Assembly: GCA_964627245.1 (NCBI GenBank)
Contig: CAZVGS010000003.1
Coordinates: 47,551-111,550 of the forward strand
Length of the DNA stretch: 64,000 nucleotides
DNA from: an uncultured Gammaproteobacteria bacterium
GTDB taxonomy: Bacteria > Patescibacteriota > Microgenomatia > Levybacterales > GWA1-39-11
Direction: 5' to 3'
Positions 39,368 through 49,211 of this stretch are shown one piece after another; position 1 is the stretch's first letter; every line of letters starts with the position of its first letter. A program made the position numbers and the translations under genes. The notes below the pieces were generated by a model, which did not search any database, was not told where the DNA came from, and saw only the letters and a list, made by a program, of their open reading frames with translations.

Positions 39368-39729
39368 ATATAAAGAAATTGGCTAAATCATTTACCTACG
39401 CATACGAGGGAATTAGGTTATCAGTAGCCTTAGATCAAAATGTAAGATTTCACTTAGTTGTAGGGACTTTCATCTTTGTGCTAAGTCTATTATTAAAGGT
39501 ACCAAAAAGCGAGTTGATGTTTGTCGTTTTTGCTATATTTTTCGTTGTTATTACTGAGATGATAAATACAGCAATTGAAGAGATGACAAATCTGATAAAA
39601 AGAGAACATAGTGAAGAAGCACGAATAGCAAAGGATGTTGCAGCAGGCGCAGTACTTCTGGCAGCAATATTTGCTTTAATAGTAGGAATTGTGGTTCTTG
39701 TTCCGAGAATTATCGCACTATTTTATTAA
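39364..39729 (+). CDS. dgkA: Diacylglycerol/undecaprenol kinase
   Basis: SF.YA..G, EMINTAIE and AKDVAAGAV motifs. Confidence 0.92.
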   Translation: MNIKKLAKSFTYAYEGIRLSVALDQNVRFHLVVGTFIFVLSLLLKVPKSELMFVVFAIFFVVITEMINTAIEEMTNLIKREHSEEARIAKDVAAGAVLLAAIFALIVGIVVLVPRIIALFY

Positions 39730-39986
39730 TTTTTACTGCTTGTTTGTGAGTGACCGTGCGTTAATGCTAATATTTCAGAAAGTTTTTTAACGAATTTGTT
39801 TGCATGATCACGACTCATACCTACGCGTGCTACAACCTGGAGTTGCGTTGAATTACCAACTTTTTGGCATATATCAAGAGTTACTCCATCATCATTAACA
39901 TTCATAAAGACAGTATCGGTATAGAGGATATTAACTTTCTCAGGATTTAGATTTATTTGAAATTTATGATCTTCGTTTTTTGGCAT
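39726..39986 (-). CDS. DUF3467-like small protein
   Basis: YTD.V.......VTLD.........VVARVGMS..HA pattern. Confidence 0.65.
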   Translation of the reverse strand: MPKNEDHKFQINLNPEKVNILYTDTVFMNVNDDGVTLDICQKVGNSTQLQVVARVGMSRDHANKFVKKLSEILALTHGHSQTSSKN

Positions 39987-39998
39987 TTAAATCACCAC

Positions 39999-40322
39999 CT
40001 ATCTTATTTTTGATCCGGGTTCAACATCCTTCTCCGGTTGTATAAGAGTAATATTTTCTATATCATCACCGGTTGCTAATATCATTCCTTGGCTTTCTTC
40101 ACCCATCATTTTTCTAGGTTCCAAATTTACGATTGCAAGCAATTTTTTATCAATCAAATCTTGCGGGTCATAACTTTTCCCAAGACCTGCTAATATTTGT
40201 CTTATTTCACCACCAATATCTACAGTTAACTTGAGGAGTTTGTCGGATCCCTCTATCCTGGAGGCTTCAAGAACCTTGATAATTCTAATGTCCAATTTTG
40301 CGAAATCATCAATAGTTATCAC
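39999..40322 (-). CDS. tRNA-binding OB-fold protein (MetG C-terminal/CsaA/Trbp111 family)
   Basis: ITIDDFAKLDIR, SDKLL and NLEPRKMMGEESQGMIL motifs; probable GTG start at 40322. Confidence 0.9.
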   Translation of the reverse strand: MITIDDFAKLDIRIIKVLEASRIEGSDKLLKLTVDIGGEIRQILAGLGKSYDPQDLIDKKLLAIVNLEPRKMMGEESQGMILATGDDIENITLIQPEKDVEPGSKIR

Positions 40323-40354
40323 TCCGAATATCTTACGTTCTGATAAAATTCCTG

Positions 40355-41761
40355 TCAAGGTTCTAAATACACAGAGTATTGGCCAATTTTTCTTTTTAAT
40401 CTGTATTTTTCTATTATAAATTTTTCTATTCCATCCTTCTGCTCGTTCTCATCTATAAGTGCAAGTTTTACACTTTTTCCCACAAGAGAATATTTTACAA
40501 GATCCTCATAATAAGCACTATTTGTCGATTCAATGCGGTCATACGGAACCGGATTTTTTCTATCGTAGATAAAATATATCATTGGGTAGAATGAATGGAC
40601 AAAAATATAATCATCAGGTTTTGTCTCAAGCGCTATCAATTTCTCAAGTTCATGGTGTTGTACTTTAAAATTTTCATCCACATAAAGTGAAATTTTACCG
40701 CCTAAATAAGAATTTTGTTCAACTAATGGAATAGCCGCTTTATAATAGTTTTTGAACAGCGCGGTATAAAAACCTGCAGATATTGATATAAAAATAATGA
40801 GATAAGATAAAAGTTTTATTGTAAAAGTAGGAAGTTTGTTGATAAAAATTACTATTAGGATTCCTGCAAGAGAAAGTATTGGATACAGCTCTTCATTGCT
40901 TGAAACCCGCGCCAGTGCAAAAAAGCAACTAAGTATAACCAGCGGAATAAATATGAGGTTATACTTTTTTCTATAAAGAAGTAAGGCAGTAGTTAATAAA
41001 GATGATATTGGAAGTATAAGAAGTGTAGGAGCGTTAAGATGTTCGTAGCTTGAAAGTGTAAGGCTATTCAAGTCATGCATGAATGAGTAGAACATGATGA
41101 AGCTATTCAGATATGAAGCAAAGGAATTAGTTAGAAGTAAATATATTGTGAAAATAATTATTCCCCAAATAAATCCGTAAATAAATTTAACAAGACTACT
41201 TCTGTTCGATTTTGAAATTAAATAGTGGATAGCAATAGGCAAAAGAATAATAATGAAGTTTTGAAACATCAAAAAGGCAATAAAAGACAGTATTCCAATC
41301 AGAAAATGTATTAGTGCATTTTTTTTACTTTCCGAAATGAGAATTAGATATATAACAAGCAGAATTATTGGAAGAGCCATTGTTGTGGGTGATGCAAAAT
41401 TCAAATGGGCTGGCCCCCAAGCTACAAATATTAATACAGATAGCAGACTATAAATAAGTCTTTTTGTAATGCTTTTGACTGTGTTGAAAATAATCCAAAT
41501 CGAGAGCACATTTAATATGAGAATAAGTATTCGTGCTGAAAAAACACTTTCTCCAAAAAGGAGAAAAGCAAAAGATAATATAAATATTCCTAGGGGGTTA
41601 TGAGGATAGTAATAATCTCTGTAGGGAATGCTGCCGTTTAAAAGTTTTGATGTACTATTCAATAAATAGCCTTCTTCACCAAATACTAAACCACGGAAAT
41701 GAAAGTAGCACAATATGGGCAGAATAATAAGGATTAGAATTCTGAAGTATGTTGGTCTCAT
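40355..41761 (-). CDS. GT-C-like multi-TM glycosyltransferase
   Basis: EEG after first TM, G.IPYRD....H.PL motif, soluble C-terminal domain. Confidence 0.7.
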   Translation of the reverse strand: MRPTYFRILILIILPILCYFHFRGLVFGEEGYLLNSTSKLLNGSIPYRDYYYPHNPLGIFILSFAFLLFGESVFSARILILILNVLSIWIIFNTVKSITKRLIYSLLSVLIFVAWGPAHLNFASPTTMALPIILLVIYLILISESKKNALIHFLIGILSFIAFLMFQNFIIILLPIAIHYLISKSNRSSLVKFIYGFIWGIIIFTIYLLLTNSFASYLNSFIMFYSFMHDLNSLTLSSYEHLNAPTLLILPISSLLTTALLLYRKKYNLIFIPLVILSCFFALARVSSNEELYPILSLAGILIVIFINKLPTFTIKLLSYLIIFISISAGFYTALFKNYYKAAIPLVEQNSYLGGKISLYVDENFKVQHHELEKLIALETKPDDYIFVHSFYPMIYFIYDRKNPVPYDRIESTNSAYYEDLVKYSLVGKSVKLALIDENEQKDGIEKFIIEKYRLKRKIGQYSVYLEP

Positions 41762-41841
41762 CCTGCCATAATTCATTATATCAAAGACTAACGGGTTTCT
41801 ATATAATTGATTTCACCTGTAAATACATTAACTTATTTCTT

Positions 41842-43002
41842 ATGGATAAAAAACTGATAGTATTACTGCTGGTCGTATTCATAGACCTCATAGGTTTTGG
41901 TATAGTGATACCGATTTTACCGACCGTAATTTCTCACATGGGAGGTGGAGCTCTTTTGGTTGGAGCGGTAATTGCTATCTTTTCGTTATTTCAATTCCTC
42001 TTTTCACCTATTTTGGGGAGGTTATCTGATAAGTACGGCAGAAGACCAATTCTATTTATAAGTTCTTTAATCAACGCTTTTTCATATTTTCTAATTTTCT
42101 TGTCTCAGAGCATTTGGATAATAATTTTAGGCAGAATGATTGCGGGAATAGGAAGTGCTAATCTATCAGTTGCCCAAGCCTATATTGCAGATACGTCTGA
42201 GTCGCACGAAAGAACAAAAAGAATGGCATTGATAGGGGCAGCATTTGGGTTAGGATTTATAGTCGGACCTCTCTTGGGGGGAGTCGTTTCAACTAGGTTT
42301 GGGATTTCTTATGCATTTTTAATACCTGCTGTACTATCATTTATTAATTCAATTCTTATTTATCTTATCCTTCCGGAGTCAAAAAAAGTTCTTCAAAAAA
42401 ATGTAAAAATCCAACTTTTTAGTCTCAAAGTTACTAAGGAAGTATTACGGCCAAAGAATATGTCCTTCCTGCTTTTTCTTTTCTTTTTTGCAAATTTGTC
42501 TCTTGCACTCGTCATTGGAGTTTTTCCCCTATATTCTCATGAAAGATATGGATGGAATGAAGAGCAGAATGGATATTATTTCGGCCTAATCGGTATAGGC
42601 TCCTTTATCACGCAGATATATATAATAGGGCAATTATTAAAAAGATTTAATGAAGCAAAGATTGTTAGAATTGCACTTCTTATATTCGGACTTGCAGTTA
42701 CAATGGTTGGTCTTGTCCCTCTTGGCTGGATGGCTCTTGTTGTTGGGCCATTTACAGCAGTCGGGTTTGGCATGGTTAATGTCGGAGTGCAGTCTCTTAT
42801 TTCATTGGAATCAAAAGCGGAAGAGCAAGGGATTGTCCTTGGGGTTGCCCAGTCTTTCGGATCGATGGCTCGTGTTTTGGGGCCTCTTATTGGCGGTTTG
42901 TTGGCATCATTCCATCTGAATCTTCCCTATTTGGTTTCGGGAGGTTTGGCTATAGTAATTCTCTTCTACAGCCGAAGCTATCTTAAGCATATGAAAAAAT
43001 AG
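41842..43002 (+). CDS. MFS transporter, DHA1/TetA-like
   Basis: D.IGFGIVIP, motif A GRLSDKYGRRP, AYIAD and GFIVGP.LGG motifs. Confidence 0.92.
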   Translation: MDKKLIVLLLVVFIDLIGFGIVIPILPTVISHMGGGALLVGAVIAIFSLFQFLFSPILGRLSDKYGRRPILFISSLINAFSYFLIFLSQSIWIIILGRMIAGIGSANLSVAQAYIADTSESHERTKRMALIGAAFGLGFIVGPLLGGVVSTRFGISYAFLIPAVLSFINSILIYLILPESKKVLQKNVKIQLFSLKVTKEVLRPKNMSFLLFLFFFANLSLALVIGVFPLYSHERYGWNEEQNGYYFGLIGIGSFITQIYIIGQLLKRFNEAKIVRIALLIFGLAVTMVGLVPLGWMALVVGPFTAVGFGMVNVGVQSLISLESKAEEQGIVLGVAQSFGSMARVLGPLIGGLLASFHLNLPYLVSGGLAIVILFYSRSYLKHMKK

Positions 43003-43005
43003 AAG

Positions 43006-43506
43006 TTATTTGATGTATAAAAAGACACCGTTATCGGATTTTTTTTCTTTCCAATTAGGAAATTGTAAATGGTTACTGACAACCTTAGCGCCCGGCTTTA
43101 ATTCTTTCAGAAGTTTTTTCTCAAGTCTCTTCATCATATGTGGCACTCCCCAGACGGTTATTAAGTCGAACTCCCCAAGATTTTCTCTCCAATAATTTTT
43201 TAGTAAAATTCTTCCATTCGATTTGCTCTTCTTTAATTTATATCTTGAAATTAAGACTAAAAACGGATTGATTTCATATCCGTATGCTTTAAGTCCTCTT
43301 TTGGAAGCTTCGTTCACAATCCTTCCGTCTCCAGACCCAAGATCCAGGAATTTTTTCCCTTTCGTAGTATTTAATAGCTTTAACATAGTATTTATTTTGC
43401 TTTTAGAAATAGCCGCAAATGGTGCACCTCGGAACATGGAATAAGATAAGAGTAAAATTACGTATACGAGTATCAACAGTAGGATTATACTTATAGCAAT
43501 ATCCAT
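43006..43506 (-). CDS. Membrane-anchored class I SAM-dependent methyltransferase
   Basis: GAPF, DLGSGDGR, GYEINP and ELKPGAKVVS motifs. Confidence 0.88.
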   Translation of the reverse strand: MDIAISIILLLILVYVILLLSYSMFRGAPFAAISKSKINTMLKLLNTTKGKKFLDLGSGDGRIVNEASKRGLKAYGYEINPFLVLISRYKLKKSKSNGRILLKNYWRENLGEFDLITVWGVPHMMKRLEKKLLKELKPGAKVVSNHLQFPNWKEKKSDNGVFLYIK

Positions 43507-44045
43507 AGATCCGCGGGGTATAGTTTTTTTTCGCTGGGAACAAAATAAAGTGCAACTGAATTAATGCAATATATTTTTTCTGTAAGTTGAGGCTTATCTT
43601 CAGTAATCTGTCCCAGATGTCCACTACACTTGTCCAAAATTTCGATCCTTTTGTATCCGAGCTTGTACTCACCCTTTAGGATAAGAGTATCCTCAGAGAT
43701 TGGATTCCAATAACTTGGCCAACCGGCTCCGGTTTCATATTTTTGCTCGGAACTGAAAAAAGGCTGGTCACAGCCTACGCTAAAGTAGGTTTTTTCCCTT
43801 TTTTTATTAAGCAAACTGCCTGTGAAAGGGTATTTAGTTCCAGCATTTCTTAATATTTCATATTGCTGGGAAGTTAAAAGTTTTTTCCATTCATTATCGC
43901 TCTTAGTTTTGGCATTATTTATTATTCCACGGCTCGTCTGCTCATTGCCTGAGTTACTTGCGTCGGAATTCATGAAAAATAGTGAGAGAAATATAAAGAA
44001 AATCAGAATTACATGTAGAATTTTTCCAAAACTAAAACGATGCAT
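43491..44045 (-). CDS. msrB: Peptide-methionine (R)-S-oxide reductase MsrB homolog, divergent, with N-terminal TM/signal
   Basis: EWKKLLT..QYEILR..GT..PF, GWPS and YCINS motifs; several conserved residues altered. Confidence 0.8.
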   Translation of the reverse strand: MHRFSFGKILHVILIFFIFLSLFFMNSDASNSGNEQTSRGIINNAKTKSDNEWKKLLTSQQYEILRNAGTKYPFTGSLLNKKREKTYFSVGCDQPFFSSEQKYETGAGWPSYWNPISEDTLILKGEYKLGYKRIEILDKCSGHLGQITEDKPQLTEKIYCINSVALYFVPSEKKLYPADLWILL

Positions 44046-44084
44046 AAATCGATTATAGCAAAGCAACTTCGTTTGGGAGAATTA

Positions 44085-44477
44085 CTATTCGGAGAGCGCT
44101 TGGATGATTTGATCTTTATACTCTTCAAAAATAGATGAAGCATCATCAGATAAAGTTATTTTATCCAGTTCATCAATTCTATAGAACTCAAGTCTCCACC
44201 CTTGTTTTCTACTGATTGAATTTACATTTTCATCAGTCATCCTCGTGTAAAAAACGCTTGAACTATCTTCCTCACCTGCAAGCGGAATTAGAGGAAGTTC
44301 TTGATTATTAACATTAGATGATAGATTCATCTCTTTCTTTAGTGCATAAATAAGCTTGGATTTTTTGTTATTTGTAACTCTAAAAAAATCCCACTTATTT
44401 TCGCTTGGATTAAGAATTACTTCCTTCGAAAAAAGTAATATTTTGTTTTTATAGGTTAATATTATTGAAGAGTTCAT
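44085..44477 (-). CDS. Hypothetical protein, degenerate NUDIX-like
   Basis: IIL...KILL....WDFF...QG.RLEF pattern without an intact Nudix box. Confidence 0.55.
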   Translation of the reverse strand: MNSSIILTYKNKILLFSKEVILNPSENKWDFFRVTNNKKSKLIYALKKEMNLSSNVNNQELPLIPLAGEEDSSSVFYTRMTDENVNSISRKQGWRLEFYRIDELDKITLSDDASSIFEEYKDQIIQALSE

Positions 44478-44495
44478 ATTCAGTTTTTTACAATA

Positions 44496-45614
44496 TCAAT
44501 AAAATTGGTGTTGTTTGGGAAAAAAGTGTTCTTTATTGGTATTTGATCTTACGCCTAGTTCATCAATGACTGCAAGAATCAACCTTTTTGTATTTTCCAT
44601 GTCGCCTTCTATAAGTGAATCCCAGGTAACTCCAGGATGACTATTCCCTTCCATTAGGTAGATGTTGCCGTTATTGCTTATGATAAAGTCTAAAGCTAGA
44701 AGTGATTTTCTGCTTTTTATAGCTTTGAGTATTTCAATGGCCATTTCTTTTATTCCTGGAGGAATATCATTTTCCTCTATGTATTTTATGTCTCCTCCTT
44801 GGTGTGTGTTACATCTAAAATCTCCTCTTGCGGAAGTTCTTATGTAAGACTGGATTAAATTTTGTCCGAGATAGATTAGTCGAATGTCAATAAATCCGGA
44901 ATAATTATTGTTGGCATAGCCAGTTTTGAATTTTGCAAAAGGCTGGAGTATGAATGAAAGTTCTTTGTTGTCGCGCAGTATTTTTTTGATTAAACGTTTT
45001 CTGTTATTTTTCTCAGTGCAAAATATATTATTCCCACCTGCACCAAATCTGTTTTTAACAACAATTCTTTTGGAAAAATCTTTGCTGTCAGGATGTTTAT
45101 CAACCAGAATTGCAAGCGCGTCAACAGCTTTTTTAATTGAAGTTTCACTATCATTTCTAATAGTTACGGTCGGAATGGAGAATTTAGTTAATATATCATG
45201 AGTTTTTTGCTTGTCCGAGAACAATCTTGATATCCGCACCGAGTTAAATGGTTCAATACCGTCAGTGCCAAACAATTCACTATGTCTTTTTTCTTGAACA
45301 TCGTTAATTGGAGAAAATTTATCAAATATTAGCGGTGCATAACAATTTTTCTTAACTTTTATCCATTTTTTATTTCTAAATTCCCAGCAAGACTTGAATA
45401 TCCCATTTTTTGTTAAGTCTCTTGAGGTTGTTAATCCGGCTTTAAGTTTTTTATTTTTGCATTGTTCAAGAAAAAAAGCATAACATTCATTATATTTTTC
45501 TCTTTCAGATTTTTTCGAAAAGGGATAGTTTGCATGATTTTCTTTCGAAGAAGCACTTGTTGCAACGCCATCTGTATATACAATTAAAACGTTGTACATT
45601 CTAGGTTTTTTCAT
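44496..45614 (-). CDS. ATP-grasp ligase (RimK/YheCD-like)
   Basis: DK..TH, IPT, VKNRFGAGG, DIRL, FRCN.HQGG and ALDF.......LMEGNSHPG motifs. Confidence 0.85.
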   Translation of the reverse strand: MKKPRMYNVLIVYTDGVATSASSKENHANYPFSKKSEREKYNECYAFFLEQCKNKKLKAGLTTSRDLTKNGIFKSCWEFRNKKWIKVKKNCYAPLIFDKFSPINDVQEKRHSELFGTDGIEPFNSVRISRLFSDKQKTHDILTKFSIPTVTIRNDSETSIKKAVDALAILVDKHPDSKDFSKRIVVKNRFGAGGNNIFCTEKNNRKRLIKKILRDNKELSFILQPFAKFKTGYANNNYSGFIDIRLIYLGQNLIQSYIRTSARGDFRCNTHQGGDIKYIEENDIPPGIKEMAIEILKAIKSRKSLLALDFIISNNGNIYLMEGNSHPGVTWDSLIEGDMENTKRLILAVIDELGVRSNTNKEHFFPKQHQFY

Positions 45615-45615
45615 T

Positions 45616-46779
45616 TTATTCAACAAAGGTTAGCGCTACGCCTTTTTTTCCGGCGCGTCCGGTTCTGCCAATTCTATGGATATAATCCTCATAATTTGTA
45701 GGAGCGTCGTAATTTATGACATGCGTAACATCATCTATATCAAGCCCTCTTGATGCAACGTCGGTCGCGATCAATATTTGAATTTTATTGCTTTTGAACT
45801 CATCAATGGCTCTCTGTCTTTGATTTTGTGTCTTATTACCATGTATGGCTAGGGTTCTAAAGCCCCGAGTTAGTAAATTTTTTGATAATTTTTCCATTCC
45901 CCACTTGGTTCTTCCAAAGATAATAACCTTGTTAAATTCGGGTCTTATCAAAAGGTCGTGCAAGACTTCAATTTTTTGTTTTCCCCCATTAATCTTTACT
46001 ATATCTTGCTCAACGCTATCAGCAGTATCGGTTTTTTTGACAGATACAGTGATGGGATTTGTCACAAAGGCTTTAAGTATTTCCTCGGTTTTTCTATCAA
46101 CGGTTGCCGAAAAGAAGAGCGACTGACGTTTTTTGGGAAGAAGTGCCACAATGTGTTTTATGTCATGTATAAAGCCAATATCAACCATGCGATCAACCTC
46201 ATCAAGAACGACGTTTTGAAATAGCGATAAGTTTATGTTTCTTCTTTGTATTAAATCTTTTAAGCGTCCTGGTGTTCCTATGACAAAATGAGGATTGTGT
46301 CTGAGAGCATAGGTTTGCCTTTTAATATTTGCACCGCCAATAGTTGTTACCATTTCAAGCCCTGTTCCTTTTGCAAAGATCTTAAATTCATCACCTATCT
46401 GAACAGCCAATTCTCTTGTTGGAACCACAATTAAGACTCTTTGAGATTTGTCAAGATAGGACTTATTTATTAGCGATACTAAAAATGCAGCCGTTTTACC
46501 CGTCCCGGTATTTGCCATGCCTATCAGATCACGTCCGTTTAATATATGAGGAATTGCTTGTTCCTGTATTTTAGTAGGTTTTGTATAGCCATGTTCTAAA
46601 ATATTTCTTTTTAGCTTAGGATCAAGCAAAAAATCATCAAAATTCAATTCAACATTTTCTTCCTGCACTAAAGACTGATCTTCGGCTCTTTTAATAAATA
46701 GAGTTGGATCGAGTTTTTTTTCAGGACGTCTAACGTTCCTTTGAAATCGGTTATTATTATTTCTGTAAAAATTATTCAT
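45616..46779 (-). CDS. DEAD/DEAH-box RNA helicase
   Basis: Q motif, TGTGKT, PTRELA, TPGR, DEVD, SAT, SRGLD and HRIGRTGR motifs. Confidence 0.96.
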   Translation of the reverse strand: MNNFYRNNNNRFQRNVRRPEKKLDPTLFIKRAEDQSLVQEENVELNFDDFLLDPKLKRNILEHGYTKPTKIQEQAIPHILNGRDLIGMANTGTGKTAAFLVSLINKSYLDKSQRVLIVVPTRELAVQIGDEFKIFAKGTGLEMVTTIGGANIKRQTYALRHNPHFVIGTPGRLKDLIQRRNINLSLFQNVVLDEVDRMVDIGFIHDIKHIVALLPKKRQSLFFSATVDRKTEEILKAFVTNPITVSVKKTDTADSVEQDIVKINGGKQKIEVLHDLLIRPEFNKVIIFGRTKWGMEKLSKNLLTRGFRTLAIHGNKTQNQRQRAIDEFKSNKIQILIATDVASRGLDIDDVTHVINYDAPTNYEDYIHRIGRTGRAGKKGVALTFVE

Positions 46780-47089
46780 ACTTTCTCTAAAGCAGAAAAA
46801 GCGCTTAAAGTATATTGGTTTTATGAAGAGGAGATTGATATCTCTTGTCCCCTTCTATATTTGAAAATGTTAGGGGAGAAGATGCTCATGCGGGCAATCT
46901 TCGACATTATAAACTAATGCTTAAAAAGCTTTTAGGCTTTGAGCAGTTCTATTAATTAAAACTGCAGTAACCTATTATATCATAGTATTTGAGCAATTGA
47001 TACTATAGGGTATTTTTCGAGGTTAATTCTGAAAATTTTAAAAAATCCGTAACAGGGTTAAACCATCTAATGGGAAGTATGCGAGCATC

Positions 47090-47410
47090 CTACCGGAGAG
47101 GAAAAGCTGGAGGCTTAACTTTTGGGAATTTTATTCCCACCATTAACCGGCCATTTTGCCTATACCGATTAGAAAAGATTAGGGCATTAAATCGTGAAAT
47201 AAATTTGATGTCCTTTTTCGTAGTCTTTAATAAGATATTGGTTAAAACCGATTGGAAGAAAGAAGGCTGTATATTAGAAACATTGGCCAAAATATTGATT
47301 TTAATATTCGCCATAAGGCACCTCACTGGTTGTTGTTTGGATATAGTAAAAAAGTGATCCGATAAGACTTTGCCCAAATACGTTTCTTCCGCCTCCGCCG
47401 ATTTTTTCAT
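47090..47410 (-). CDS. Possible hypothetical protein
   Basis: 106-aa ORF in otherwise empty space; no recognisable motif. Confidence 0.35.
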   Translation of the reverse strand: MKKSAEAEETYLGKVLSDHFFTISKQQPVRCLMANIKINILANVSNIQPSFFQSVLTNILLKTTKKDIKFISRFNALIFSNRYRQNGRLMVGIKFPKVKPPAFPLR

Positions 47411-47545
47411 GAACGATTTTTAACCTGCTTTTTTATCCTTAATTAAAATATTCGCCTACGATTTTCAGTTTTAAGCTTTTGTGAATGCATCGATAAGATT
47501 ATTATTGCAAGCAGAGCACTACTACTAAAGTGGTATAATTAATTT

Positions 47546-47773
47546 ATGGATTTGCAGACGTCTTATTATGTGATGGGAATAATATTCATGAGTGTCATGT
47601 TTGTGCTCATGATAGCTCTTGTTGTTTTGGTTTTCTATATAAAAGGTAAGATAAATGATATGCAAAAAAATATTGAGGAAAAGATAGAGGTAGTCACATC
47701 ATTCGGGCAAATGGGAGGAAAAGCAGTCGAGAAATTTAAAGAATTTTTAGAAAATAAGAATAAGAAAAATTAA
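47546..47773 (+). CDS. Small single-TM protein
   Basis: 75 aa; TGgTATAAT 6 nt before the ATG. Confidence 0.75.
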   Translation: MDLQTSYYVMGIIFMSVMFVLMIALVVLVFYIKGKINDMQKNIEEKIEVVTSFGQMGGKAVEKFKEFLENKNKKN

Positions 47774-48384
47774 TTATTTAGATTAAGCTTGCTGGAGTCT
47801 TTTTTTGCGAAGTATTCAAACTCGTCTATGTATCGTATATATCCATTTTGTAAAATCTTCTCTACTTCGTAGCCGGGATAAACTTGCGCAAAAATATCGG
47901 GCTGTAGTTTTAAAACGTATTCATAATCCCACTTATTATGACCTGGCCAAATTAAGCGTAGATGTTCAAAAAATCGTGGAGGTTCATATGGAAGCTTGAT
48001 TTTTCCACGTGCAATAAATTTATCGTTCTTGCCCAGCAAGTCTATATATTTTCGTTCTGTAAAATAAGGAACAATTCCAGACCACACTATTCCAACTGTA
48101 GCATCAGGTTTTGTTATTTTTTCAATTGATTTGGCCATTCTTAGTTGATTGGCATTTTCTGACCATGTAGCAGGAGCGGTATACCCCAATGTTTGAGGAA
48201 GCATGTTCTCAGACATTGTAGAAAAACTCAGAAAAGACAAAGTGATAATTATCATAAAAAGCATAGAACCCTTCTTTTGATGAGCCTTTTTAACGTTTGA
48301 CATCAAGTAGTTAAATATTTTGCCGGATGAAAGTACATAGAGAATAAAAAAGGCTGGCATGACGATAGTTAAGTACCTATTGGA
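47770..48384 (-). pseudogene. 3' fragment of a GT-C-like membrane protein (5' part missing)
   Basis: Frame begins mid-protein at (S)NRYLTIVMP; G.VPYF....IDLLG.ND...PGH.K.D..Y.....PD is typical of the C-terminal domain of larger membrane proteins. Confidence 0.65.
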
Positions 48385-49209
48385 TGGAGACCGGGAATGC
48401 CTCCAATAGGATACTACAATAGAGCTTTCAATGGAGTAAAAGACATTATTATTGATCCCGAAAGAGGTTTTATTGTAGCCGAAATGTTTGAGCGAGTAGC
48501 AAGAAATGGTGATAGCGGAAGAACACTTAAGAAGTGGCTTGATACTTGCTTAACAACCAGAGCAGGAAAGAAAGTGACACTTAGTCAGATTTATCTTATG
48601 CTCAAGAATCCCTTTTACTATGGTGAGTTTGAATATCCAATCGGAAGTGGTAACTGGTATAAAGGTGCTCATAAACCATTAGTTACTAAAGAACTATTTG
48701 ACCAGGTACAGAAACAGTTAATAGTCCCTAAAAAAGCAAAATGGGGGAGCAAATCGTTTACCTTTAAAGAGCTTTTCAAATGCGCAAGCTGTGGATCACT
48801 GGTCATCGGTGAAGATAGGTACAGAAAGCGAAAATATGGAGAACCACGCTATCACATTTACTATCACTGTACGAGGCAAAAAAAGTATGGTTGCCCGGAA
48901 CCATATCTCACAGAAGACAAGCTCGTAAAACAAATATTACGATACATAAACTTCATGTATATGGCGCATCCGCAGATATTTACTTTTAAAGAATTTGTGA
49001 AAGAAAGTATGGAGGCGTATAAGAAAATGCGAGATGAAATTTTATGGGCGCAAGACATTAACCCTGAAAACAAGCCTGTTCACTTTATGGATTACGCAAA
49101 CTACATTTTCAGAAATGGAACGATGCTGGAAAAACGAGAAGTAACGAATATATTAAATCGGCAACTCTATATCCACAACGAAACTGTTACCTCAGTACCG
49201 TTAATTTAG
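48382..49209 (+). pseudogene. Large serine recombinase remnant (recombinase and zinc-ribbon domains; catalytic resolvase domain absent)
   Basis: GWRPGMPPIGY, L.NPFYYG, G.H.PLV..ELF..VQ, CASCG and YYHC motifs; in-frame TAA at 48370 upstream. Confidence 0.8.
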
Positions 49210-49211
49210 AA

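Noticed and set aside
41842-43002. TetA-like MFS as a tetracycline-resistance gene
   Set aside because: Family-level motifs only; no tetR or mobile context, and the substrate cannot be inferred
47070-47410. Overlapping opposite-strand ORFs, one ending in PPAFPLR, as an arrest peptide
   Set aside because: No RAPP/RAGP-type motif, about 310 nt from the next gene, and coding status is doubtful
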